From Octopus sinensis (Eukaryota): 64,000 bases of DNA. Of this stretch, positions 53,326 through 64,000 are shown one piece after another (the first letter of the stretch is position 1; each line of letters starts with the position of its first letter). The translations under genes were made by a program, and so were the position numbers. A model generated the notes under the pieces. The model saw nothing but the letters and a program-made list of their open reading frames with translations, did no database searches and was not told the origin of the DNA. The stretch spans positions 56,482,001 to 56,546,000 of the forward strand of contig NC_043013.1 of the NCBI RefSeq assembly GCF_006345805.1, written 5' to 3'.

Positions 53326-54596
53326 GAGAGATAGAGAGAGAGAAAGAGAGAGAGAGATGTATATACATATGTATGTATCTGTTTATGTATATATACACAC
53401 AAAGATAAATATATGCATATGTATACAATGAATTTTTTCAGTTTAAATATAAAACAATATATAAATAAACAAGAGTTTGGGAAATGAAATTCAATTAAAA
53501 TTTACAAAATGAAATTAAGAAAAATAATTTGTTAATAAAGAATTGAAATAACATAGTGATTTGGACATCTGCCTTTTTATAAAAACACAAGTTCAAATTT
53601 TTGATGAAAACATCTAATTTTCTTATTAAGATAATAAAAAAACTATATAAGCTCTTTTCCTCTTGTTTAAAAGGAAAAGAAGAAAATCTGAAGAATAATA
53701 CACTTTAAAAAAGGAAATTTAGATAAAAAGTAAAGAGTAAGAAAGTATAATAAACATGTCCTTGTAAAATGTAATCAAATTTTTGATGAATTTAATTTAA
53801 GGACAAAAATACTGTAAAAGCAGAACAAAGTAGAAAATGTATTTAAAGAATAAGTAAATAAAACTAAAAGAAAAAACCCAGTTCTTGTGTAAGACATTGA
53901 AGAAATAATTCCTTGAAACGTTTGCATCTGTTGTATATCACAGAAATTGGAAATTTAATCTGAAATAAAGCCAATGAAAATAATTTTGAGTACATACAAT
54001 ATACAGATATACATACATATATTTATATAAAATGTATGTGAGTGCAGGTGTGGCCGTGTGCTTCTCAAACACCTGGTCCTGGGTTCAGTCCCACTGCGTG
54101 GCACCTTAGGCAAGTGTCTTCTGGCCAAATGCTTGTGAGTGGATTTGGTAGACAGAAACTGAAAGAAGACCATTGCATGTATGTATGTATGTAGGTGTAT
54201 ATATATGTATGTGTGTATGTATGTATGTATGTACGTACGTATGTATGTGTGTATGTATGTATGTGTGTATGTATGTATGTGTTTGTATTAAAAGAATGTG
54301 TAATAACACTGTTCCACATATACACAAACAGCCATACCAACAATCCACATACCTCCATTGTCAGCTGCCCCACGGATATCATTATGGTTTCGACACCTCA
54401 GCAGTACGTATGTATGTATGAATGTATGTATCTGTCTCTGTCCCTTACCATCATTTGACAACCATTGTTGGCTTGTTTTCGTTCCTGTAACTTAGTGTAA
54501 GGATGTGTTTGATTCATTCAATTGAAACTCATTGGGGCAGTGACCCAGCATGGCAGCTGTCTAAAAGATGAAAGATAAAAGGTATTTATATGTGTA

Positions 54597-54632
<36 letters not shown>

Positions 54633-55134
54633 TATAGATAGATAAATAGATATAGACATATTGGGTATATATATTTATGCATACATTCTTACATGCATGT
54701 GTGTGTGTGTGTGCATATATAAAACTATCAAGCAAGCTATCTATTTCTATATATACGCTTATATATGTCTGTTTTATATGCATGTATAAATGTGTTTGCT
54801 AGGCAGACGTGGATAAAGCTGTCAGTACCAGCTTATAGCAAAATCATGTCTGATGCCTAAGTTTATATTTCAGTTGAAAGCTAACTTATTTCTTTTTTGT
54901 TTTGTCTTCAAGTGATCTTTAGTATAATGAGAGAATATGATGGAATGTTTTAATCTATAGAATATCAAGGAATGGTGTAAGTTGAAGAACAGAAGGAAAC
55001 TACAGTATATGAAGATAAGAAGGATTTGTAAATTAAAAGATAGATGTTAAGAGGAACACATCGTTATTGTAGAGAAAATTCTGGAATTCATACTACAGAA
55101 TATATGCAGAAAATTTGTTATTAATAATCTTTTC

Positions 55135-55335
55135 TACTCTAGGCACAAGGCCCGAAACTTTTGGAGAGGGAGGCCAGTCGATTAGATCGACTCCAGTACA
55201 CAACTGGTACTTAATTTATCGACACCAAAAAGATGAAAGGCTAAGTCAATCTTGGTGAATTTGAACTCAGAACGTAAAGACAGATGAAATACTGCTAAGC
55301 AATTTTTCCTGTGTGCTAACGTTTCTGCCAGCTTG
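55135..55335 (-). mobile_element. SINE family B, well preserved
   Basis: aggcacaaggcccgaaa..cagtcgattagatcgac..ctggtacttaatttatcgac..tttgaactcagaacgtaaagacag. Confidence 0.85.
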
Positions 55336-57129
55336 CTCCCTTTTATGTTATTGATATTAGAATATGATACAAGGCAGAATCTCTAGCGTGCAGGGAAAAA
55401 TGCTTAGTGGCATTTTGTCTGTCTTTATTTGCTGAGGTCAACTATGTTTTACATCATTTTCGGGTCAATAAAATAAGTACCAGTTATGTACTGGGGTTGA
55501 TGTAATCATCCTACACACTTCCCTGAAATTGCTGGCCTTGTGCCAAAATTTTGCTACCAATATTAAAATATTGTATGAAAGAGATGTAACTTTAATAACA
55601 TATAAAATATTTGTAGAGAAAGAATAGGATTGTCCTCAGTCAGAGTGGGAATTGTGTTAAATTAAATGAAGGAAGAATTTATTTGAGTTGAGAAATGAGT
55701 AAATTATGATTTGTTCGTGGTGCATTTTAAAGGAAACGAATGACGTCATTAAACTGTAAATTATTGTATTTAAAACAAGATGAGAAATAATTCACAATCA
55801 AATAAGCTGGTCATGGTTTGGGGTTGATATGCAATGATTGGATTAAAGAAATTTCTATTATTTCTACTTTACAAAGCATTGCATTACTGCTGTTCTTTGT
55901 TGGTTGTCTTATTAACTGTACAATGATAAAATATGCATAAAACAACAATTAAAATTAGTTAAATTATGATGGAGAGAGAATAGGATGCGAAACTCTGATA
56001 CTGTATGAAATATGGAATTGAACAACCTAAGACATGATATAAGGAAATATTTTAAAAGTTATTCAGTTTGACAATGTGAAAGAAAGGCACACAGACTTGT
56101 AAGCTGTGAAATAGGTGTTTAGGTAGAGTGTAGAAGTTTTGAGTAGAGTTTTATATAATTTACAATAAAAATATGATAATAATAAATTAGAATGATTTAA
56201 ATATGATGGTGGTTGATAAAGTGATGGTATTTATATTGCTCTGAGAAGTTTGCTAAGAAGAAAGCTGTCATAATGTATATCTGGTTATGTGAATAATGTA
56301 TGATTAGTAGAAGTATTTCCATGGAAGGTGTAGATAAATGGTGCTGGAGATGAAGTGTATAAAAGTGTGCAGGGAAGAGTGACGAAAACTTTTAGATGTA
56401 AGAATATGCTGCCTATTATTAAAATAACAAAAATTATAATCAGATGGTATGTGGATGAGAACCTGACTTAATATCACAATTATGTTTTACAAGCCAGAAA
56501 ACTTGCTTAGTGACATTGCTTCCAGCTTTTTACGTTCTGAGTTCAAATGCCCCCAGAGTCAGCTTTGTCTTTCATATCTTTAGCGGGTGATAAAATAAAG
56601 TACACGTTGAATACTGGGGTCAATGTAATCAGCTTACCAAAGTTGCTGCTAATATTTGAAACCAGTATTACAATTATTTAGGAATAATAAAGCAATAAAT
56701 ATTTATTCTTATTAATGTCAGGTTGTTAAAACTTACAAATCATGATCACAAGGTGTGTTGAATGAGGACACGATGTAAGAATATATAATGATATATTCCA
56801 TTATATATATTATATTTTATTATGAAAATATACTTTATATTTCATATAGTAGGTGTAGTGGACAACAAATAGCAGTTCTACTAAGTGTAATATTGTATTA
56901 CATTGGTAAAAGAAGGGGGAATCAATCAGGAAAAAGAACAGAATGAATTTAACATAGAAAAATGTCAGATGAAAATTTCCAATTCTGTGGCTGCAACATA
57001 TTTTCAACTCAGTGGACTAAATCAATGAGGTATCTACTTGTCTTTTTGTGTTACTGACCCTAGAATTATTTCCTTAGCCCTCCCCAGTGTTTTCGATGGT
57101 GGGGCACAGGAGACAGAGAGTTGTTAAGC

Positions 57130-57990
57130 TACTTATTATTGTTGCTGGTCATTCTTTTTGCTTTCCATTCTTTTCATTACACTTGCCAACACTTTTTGGC
57201 ATTCAACTGTGAAAATGGTTTTCTTTCTACAACTGTAGCAGCAAGGCTTTCTGCTCTGTGTCATTAGTCTTAAGCACTTTGTCCCAGGACCTTCTACTGG
57301 ACAGTGTTCTGGTTTGTCTCTGCTCATCAACGGACATTAGAATTCACAATTCCATTTTCATGCCCTTTGATGACCACATGTCACCTATTGTTAAGCTTGC
57401 TTTCACCACTTCTCTATACTGTCATACAAAAGACACAACTAGCAATGGTTCCACATCATGTCCAGAGTCTGCTATTGTGACTCTTGTACAGTCAGAAGCA
57501 TTCCTATCGTTCTTATCCTTTGGTATGGTTTCATTTACAGTTTCAAAAATACATCTTATAATCTTGTAGCTTTGACTTTTTACTGTTTATTTTTCCTAAT
57601 ATATTATGGTAAACTTATTGTACTCTCTGATGTGAATAAAAATTTAACCCCCATCTGTCTTTCCATAAACAGAGGTACATAAATGTTGTCTTCACCTTTT
57701 CCTAGACTACATTATGTGGGAAAGAAATACCATGAGTTTCACAAAATCCTACCATCTATATATTTTTCTAGTAATCATGGTAGATCTAAAGATTCTATCC
57801 TGAATGAAACAAAGATTTGTCGTTCCACAGCTGCTACATCAGTGGATCGCAATATTCAGCATGTCATTATTATTGTCACAGACATCCAAATTTCATATCT
57901 GGGAAATTTTCTTCCATTTATTTCTGCATTAGGCTCTTCCTTTCCTTCTTCTTTTTCTTCATTCAGTTCTCTGTTTTGATTCTCTCTTGT
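57130..57990 (-). mobile_element. Heavily decayed piggyBac-like transposase remnant
   Basis: Fragments in different frames: WNDKSLF (W.D.K.V motif), IREYNKF (YNKFMGGVD motif) and HCPVEG..KC..CCYSCRKKTIFTVECQKVL (C-terminal Cys-rich domain). Many stops. Confidence 0.45.
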
Positions 57991-58409
57991 TTTCCTCAGC
58001 ATTCTAATATTCGGTCATGTGACGTAACTATGGATTGTAGCCGTTTCCGAAAATGTAATGTTTGTGAATAAAATTTTTAAAGATTTGTGAAACGAGCCTC
58101 TTTTTACCTTCTGATCGCTACCCTGTAGATTGAAGACAGGCATTTTTAGGCACCTATGACACTTTTTAAAAGTACTTGAAAGAAAATTTCTTTTGGTAAA
58201 GCGTAATAGAAATTGTGTTTTAAAGGGAGAGTCAAAAAGGTATTTTTGCACTTTGACAGTCAAACAATAGTAAAAATGATGACAAGGGCAATGAGGATGA
58301 TGACAACAACAACAGCAATGATACCACCACCACCGCCACCGCCACCACCATTGCTACCACTACCATCACTGCCACCACAACCACCACCACCACCACCATA
58401 ATCACCACT

Positions 58410-58745
58410 GGGTTCAATCCCACCGTATGGCACCTTGGGCAGGTGCCTTCTACTGTAGCTTTTATTGTAGCGTGTGAGTGGATTCGGTAGACGGAAACTG
58501 AAAGAAGCCTATCGTATATATGTATGTGTATGTTTGTTATTTGTGTTTGTTTGTCCACCCACAATTGCTTGACAACCGATGTTGGTATGTTTACGCCCCC
58601 GTAACTTAGTGGTTTGGCAAAAGAGACCGATAGAATAAGTACTAGGCTTACAAATAATAAGTCCAGGGGTCGATTTATTCGACTAAAGGTGGTGCTCGAG
58701 CATGGCCTCAGTCAAAAGACTGAAACAAGTAAAACAATAAAAGAA
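58410..58745 (+). mobile_element. SINE family A lacking most of the head
   Basis: gggttcaatccc..ggcaccttgggcagg..gagaccgatagaataagtactaggcttacaaa..actgaaacaagtaaaa. Confidence 0.8.
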
Positions 58746-58801
58746 AGCACTCACATATATCTATCTACATCTATACATAAAATACATACATACATATGTA
58801 T

Positions 58802-58862
<61 letters not shown>

Positions 58863-60084
58863 AACATATATATGTATGTATATACATATGTATGTATGTA
58901 TATATATATATATATATATCTGTATATTTGAAAAAATGAGTAGAGGTGGCTTTTTGGGATAATTTTTATTTTAATAATAATATTCACATTATTTATACAT
59001 ACATACACATGTGTGTATATATAAAAATTAATATCTATATATATGTGTGTGTGTGCATATATATAAACACAAACATGTATATACATACATATATACACAG
59101 CATTGTTTCTCTCTGTGTTCTTGTATCTCTCTCGTGCACTCTCCTTTTTTCCATTTTCCTAGTTTTAATCATTGAACCGTTGCCACCTGAAAGAGTTTTT
59201 AAGGAATCGTGTGAACTCCCACTTGATACTTCAGTCTGCCGTTCATTTCAGTAAATTCCTATTGAACTGCTCAGTTATGTTTTTGATGGAAAATCAGTTT
59301 CAAGACAGACAAGGAACTACTTGTGAACATGAAACACTTCCTGCTCTTAATTCAAGGTTGATTGGTTCATTAGAAACAGAATGAAACTATAAAATTAATT
59401 ATATCAACAACATACAAGAGACTGTATCAGCCATTGTTAGGATGGAAGAATGTTCAAACAAAAGAATCTGTTTCTGCTATGATATAAATTTCCCTTTCAC
59501 TTCCATTTTAATGGTTATAGATATTTTGTACAGCAGCTCGGCCAATGATTGATGGCAAAACATGGCATACTGGGAGACTATCTCAATGGCTTGCTCTCTT
59601 AACTTCTCGTGTATCTTGTATAAAGTTTACCACATTTTTTTTTCAAAGTAATATAAAATTAATATAATAATCTTTTCTATTCTAAGCACAAGGCCAGAAA
59701 TTTTTGGGGAGGGGGCCAGTCGATTACATCGACCGCAATACGCAACTTGTACTTAATTTATCGGTGGAAAATTAATATAATATTAATTGAATATGTTGTT
59801 GAGTTGAGAGAATCGTTTGCTGGGCAAAATGTTTAGTGGCATTCCAACTGTTATTCTCTTCTTCAGGTGTTTGACTGTGGCAAAGCTGGAGCACCAACTT
59901 TTAGTCAAAGAAATCGAACCCAGGACTTATTCTTTGTAATCCTGGTACTTATTCTATCAGTCTTCTTTGCCAAACTACTAAGTTATAGCAACGTAAATGC
60001 GCCAACATCAGATGTCAAGTGATGGTGGGGGGGACAAACACAGACACAAAGACACACTAATATATACACACACATATATATATA

Positions 60085-61647
60085 TAGAATCGAAGGGCCT
60101 TAGAATCAACCTAGCTAAAACCAAAGTCCTAATATATAGGAAGGCAAGCAAGCCACAAATCCCTTTAGATAGATGGCCCTGCTCAATCTGTAGTAGAGAC
60201 GTAGGTAGAAACTCTATAAGATGTACCCAGTGTAAGCTGTGGACACATAAGAGGCGCAGTAATATCAAAGGAAGGCTAACTGGAAAGATAGTTTTTGTCT
60301 GTGGCAGATGCTCAGGAGCAATAAACACTGAAAATGGTCTGAGACCAACTTCTGCCACATTCCTGGGAGAAAAACTAGAAGTAGTTGATAGCTTCCGTTA
60401 CCTAGGGGACCAAGTCAGTAGTGAAGGTGGGTGCACTGAAAGTGTAGCTGCTAGAGTAAGAATAGCCTGGGCAAAGTTCAGAGAGCTCTTAACTCTGCTG
60501 GTGACAAAAGGCCTCTTGCTCAAAGTAAAAGGTAGATTGTATGACACTTGTGTACGAACAGTCATGCTACATGGCAGTGATACATGGGCTGTGACAGCTG
60601 AGGACATGCGTAAGCTCGCAAGGAATGAAGCCAGTATGATCTGATGGATGTGTAATGTCAGTGTGCATACTCGACAGAGAGTTAGTACCTCGAGAGAAAT
60701 GTTGAACCTAAGAAGCATCAGCTGTGTTGTGCAAGAGAAATGACTGCACTGGTATGGTCATGTGGCGAGAATGGACGAGGACAGCTGTGTGAAAAAATGC
60801 CACACCCTAGCGGTTGAGGGAACCTGTGGAAGAGGTAGACCAAGGAAGACCTGGGATAAAGTGGTGAAGCACAACATTCGAACTTTAGGCCTCACCAAGG
60901 AAATGACTAGTGACCGAGACCTTTAGAAATATGCCGTGCGTGAGAAGACCCGGCAAGCCAAATGAGACCATAACCTCGTGGCCTATGCCAGGGGCGTAAC
61001 CAGCCCACTTATGCATACCTTTTCCTTCTTTGGACACTAAAACTCTGCTTGCGAAGACCTGTTGAGGCAAGTGAAATCAATCAAAAGCAAAATCAAAATC
61101 AAATTCGATGACTGGCGTCCGTGCTAACAGGGTGCAAAGAGCACCATACGAGCATGATCAGTGACAGAGCGGCTAACCAGCTTCCATGCTGGTGGCACTT
61201 AAAGATCGCCATTCGAGCATGATCGTTACCAGCGTCACCTTACTGGCACTTGTGCCCGTGCCAGTAGGGTGCCAAGAGCACCATCCGAGCATGATCGTTG
61301 CCAGAGCAGGCAACTGGCTTCTGTGCCAGTGGCACGTAAAAGGGCACCATTCGAGCGTGATCGTTGCCAAAGTCGCCTTACTGGCACCTGTGCAGGTGGC
61401 ATGTATAAACGGATTTGAGCAAGGTTGTTGCCAGTAACGCCTGACTGGCCCCCGTGCCGGTGGCATGTAAAAAGCACCCACTATGCTCTCGGAGTGGTTG
61501 GCATTAGGAAGGGCATCCAGCTGTAGAAACTCTGCCAAATCAAGATTGGAGCTTGGTGCAGCCATCTCGTTCGCCAGCCCTCAGTCAAAATAGTCCAACC
61601 CATGCTAGCATGGAAAGCGGACATTAAACGATGATGATGATGATGAT
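60085..61647 (+). mobile_element. 5'-truncated RTE LINE: RT C-terminus, 3' UTR with subrepeats, (GAT)n tail
   Basis: ORF has KGLRINLAKTKVL..LEVVDSFRYLGDQ..RVRIAWAKFREL..KGRLYDTCVRTVMLHGSDTW, then HWYGHVARM..RGRPRKTW-like residues; tail gatgatgat at 61630-61647. Confidence 0.9.
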
Positions 61648-62604
61648 ATATATATATACATATGGCAGGCTTCTTTCAGTTTCCATCTACCAAATCCACT
61701 CACAAAGCTTTGGTCAGCCTGAGGCTATTGTAGAAGACATTTGCCAAAAGTGCCACACAGTGGGACTGAACCTGCAACCATGTGGTTAGAAAACAAGCTT
61801 TTACCATACAACCACGCCTGTACCATAAACTGTCTTTACATTCTGGGTTCAAATTTCACTGAGGTTGACTTTGCCTTTCATGCTTTCAGGGTTGATAAAA
61901 CAGGTACCAGTCATGCACTGAGATTAATGTAAATGTTTTACTCCATTCCCCGAAATTGCTGGCCTTGTGCTTGAATTTGAAACCAATATAATATTAATTA
62001 AAATATCATTTATTGTGTTTCTTGAGTGAGTGAGGAATACAGTGTCCAAGACCCTTTCTAGAGTTTGTGGGGCTGATGGTGGAAAGAGAAGAAGGCTGGA
62101 ACCCTCACACCAAAGTCTTGGCTTCGATGCTTGCAATAGAAAGGATGCCATTAAAGAGACCGAAGAACCAGGTGGTGGCACTGAACTTGGTGATGAATCA
62201 AATCTACCCCACCAAGATCCTTCCTCCCTCTCTCCCTCCCACCCTCGCTCCCTTCCTACACAGTACAGGTAACTTGTGTAAGAAAGCAGTCACCAGAAAC
62301 GAATGAAAAACAACGTCTGTGATGCTTGTGACCTGCTGTAAGCCATCTCGTTTGTGGGGAGGAAGGGAATGGAGGATGGCAGTGATAATGGTGAAGATAA
62401 CAATGATGATGGTGATGATGATAATAATGAGACAATGATCCTGATAGCAATGATTATGGCACTGATTCTGATGAGGAAGATAATGATAATGTTATTAACG
62501 ATGACGACAAGAATGAAGAATCTGCTGCAACTGCTACAGATGAAGATGGAATTTCTCTGAACTTTTTTTTATAATCAATATTACAACAATATTAAGTTAT
62601 GGAA

Positions 62605-62800
62605 AGGTGGGAAGCTGGCAGAAACGGTAGCAAAGTGCTAAGTGGCATTTCATCTGTCTTTACTTTCTGAGTTCAAATTCCACCAAGGTCGACTTTACCT
62701 TTCATCCTTTCAGGGTTGATAAATTAAGTACATACTGGGGTCAACTAACCAACTGGCCCCTTGTCCCCCAAAATTTCAGGCCTTGTGCCTAGAGTAGAAA
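62605..62800 (+). mobile_element. SINE family B
   Basis: ggtgggaagctggcagaaacggtag head, gagttcaaattcc, and the family body. Confidence 0.8.
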
Positions 62801-63252
62801 TGAATATTAAGTTATGGATGTATGTAGCTCATTTAGAAAAAGTTGATGGAATTAGTCAATGGATTACGTTAATTAGGATAGTATGCAAACATTTTAGAGT
62901 AATTTATGGAGTTAAGGAACAATTGTAAAATTTAACAAAGAAAGGCGCTTCTATTTCTGGTGTTGTATTGCAGAGACGAGTGCTATGATGTGTTTGTGTT
63001 CTTTGTTTTAATGACTTGGACATAGAAATACATCTTAGAGATGGAGCAATCAAAAATAATCAATATAAGCTCAGGAACAGGAGGTACAGGAGCTGGGGCA
63101 CAAACACACCCTTAAAATTTTTGCTGGGCCATGAAAATGCTTTGAAAATCCCCGTGATAAAACAAATGATTGTCGCGACATTTTTTGTTTGATTTGGAAC
63201 ATCACTTTTCCATCATTAGATTCATATGATTTGACTGATGTCAAAATATAAA

Positions 63253-63328
<76 letters not shown>

Positions 63329-63336
63329 ATTATTAT
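63253..63336. repeat. (AAT)n directly abutting (ATT)n: microsatellite palindrome
   Basis: Centre at 63296/63297; about 29-bp perfect arms. Confidence 0.9.
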
Positions 63337-63729
63337 CCTTGCCTTCGCACAGTTTCTAATGCTGGAGATGCACTATGGTGTTGGCTGTTCACTACCAGTG
63401 AACTAAGGTAACACCTCTGGTTTTTCAAGCACCTTCCGGAGTATTCGAGTGGTTCCAAGCAGTACTTTTTTCTGCAAGTGCTCCACTCTTATTGCAGCCC
63501 CTATTTGTTCCACACACTTCTCGAGATTTTTACTCATTGTAACCAGGGCTCCGACAATTATTGATACTACTACCACCTTTTTCATCGACCACATCTGCTT
63601 AACTTCCCAAGCTAACCTGTCATACCTATCGACTTTTCTTTCTTCCTTATCGCATACCTTGCTGTCAGCTGGGCTTGCTAAATCTGTGATTCAACATAGT
63701 TTCCTTTCTTTCTCAATTAATACTATGTC
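63337..63729 (-). mobile_element. 5'-truncated R4/Dong-type RLE retrotransposon 3' end within (TAA)n
   Basis: DIVLIEKERKLC*ITDLASPADSKVCDKEERKVDRYDRLAWEVKQMWSMKKVVVVSIIVGALVT..HLQKKVLLGTTRILRKVLE, then a short 3' UTR; (TAA)n on both sides in element orientation. Confidence 0.8.
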
Positions 63730-63747
63730 TTATTATTATTATTATTA

Positions 63748-64000
63748 TCAGAGATTTAGGGACATCCTCATCAAGAAATTTGAAGAGAGGGAGGAGGAGC
63801 TACAGACGTCAGACATAGAAGGTAGCTGGAAATTCCTACGGGACAGCTTGCTGAGTGCCACAGACCAAGTTTATCGATGGTGCAAAGTCCCTTCCAGACC
63901 TAGAGTTACGTGGTGGTGGAATAGTGCAGTAGACAAAGTCATTAGTGCAAAGAGACGGGCCTGGAAAGCCTGGAGGGATGGGGGCAGCAGGGAACTGTAC
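63748..64000 (+). mobile_element. RTE LINE linker fragment running off the window end
   Basis: Highly similar to 48055-48310. Confidence 0.85.

Noticed and set aside
53895-53935. TTGAAGA...GAAACGTT hammerhead-like string
   Set aside because: Helices I and II have only 2 bp each; chance level.

Overview
AT-rich, repeat-dense eukaryotic DNA. The SINE families and microsatellite load look like an octopus (cephalopod) genome; this is recognition from memory, not a search result. I find no host protein-coding gene I can support, and almost all ORF-track entries are translated microsatellites or decayed transposons. The window holds many tRNA-headed SINEs, decayed RTE LINE fragments, two restriction-like-endonuclease (R4/Dong-type) retroelement 3' ends, DD37D (maT) Tc1/mariner remnants, a piggyBac remnant and MITE, a 181-bp perfect foldback and a 957-bp tandem duplication. 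The main result is five short non-coding elements that each carry a minimal type I hammerhead-ribozyme (HHR) fold with a palindromic helix III: (1) a 541-bp unit in a tandem-plus-inverted array at 16053-18386; (2) a diverged 549-bp homolog at 24065-24780 that shares a covarying RNA stem with it; (3) a 205-bp element at 25578-25782; (4) a 337-bp insertion with a 12-bp TSD and a G3-C8 swapped core at 48781-49117; (5) a tRNA-headed SINE at 49257-49507. Four of the five share one insertion geometry: two oppositely oriented pieces joined 5'-to-5' with both 3' ends outward. This points to a Penelope-like/retrozyme-like system of non-autonomous ribozyme retroelements. Folds were read by eye; no cleavage, expression or novelty check could be run.
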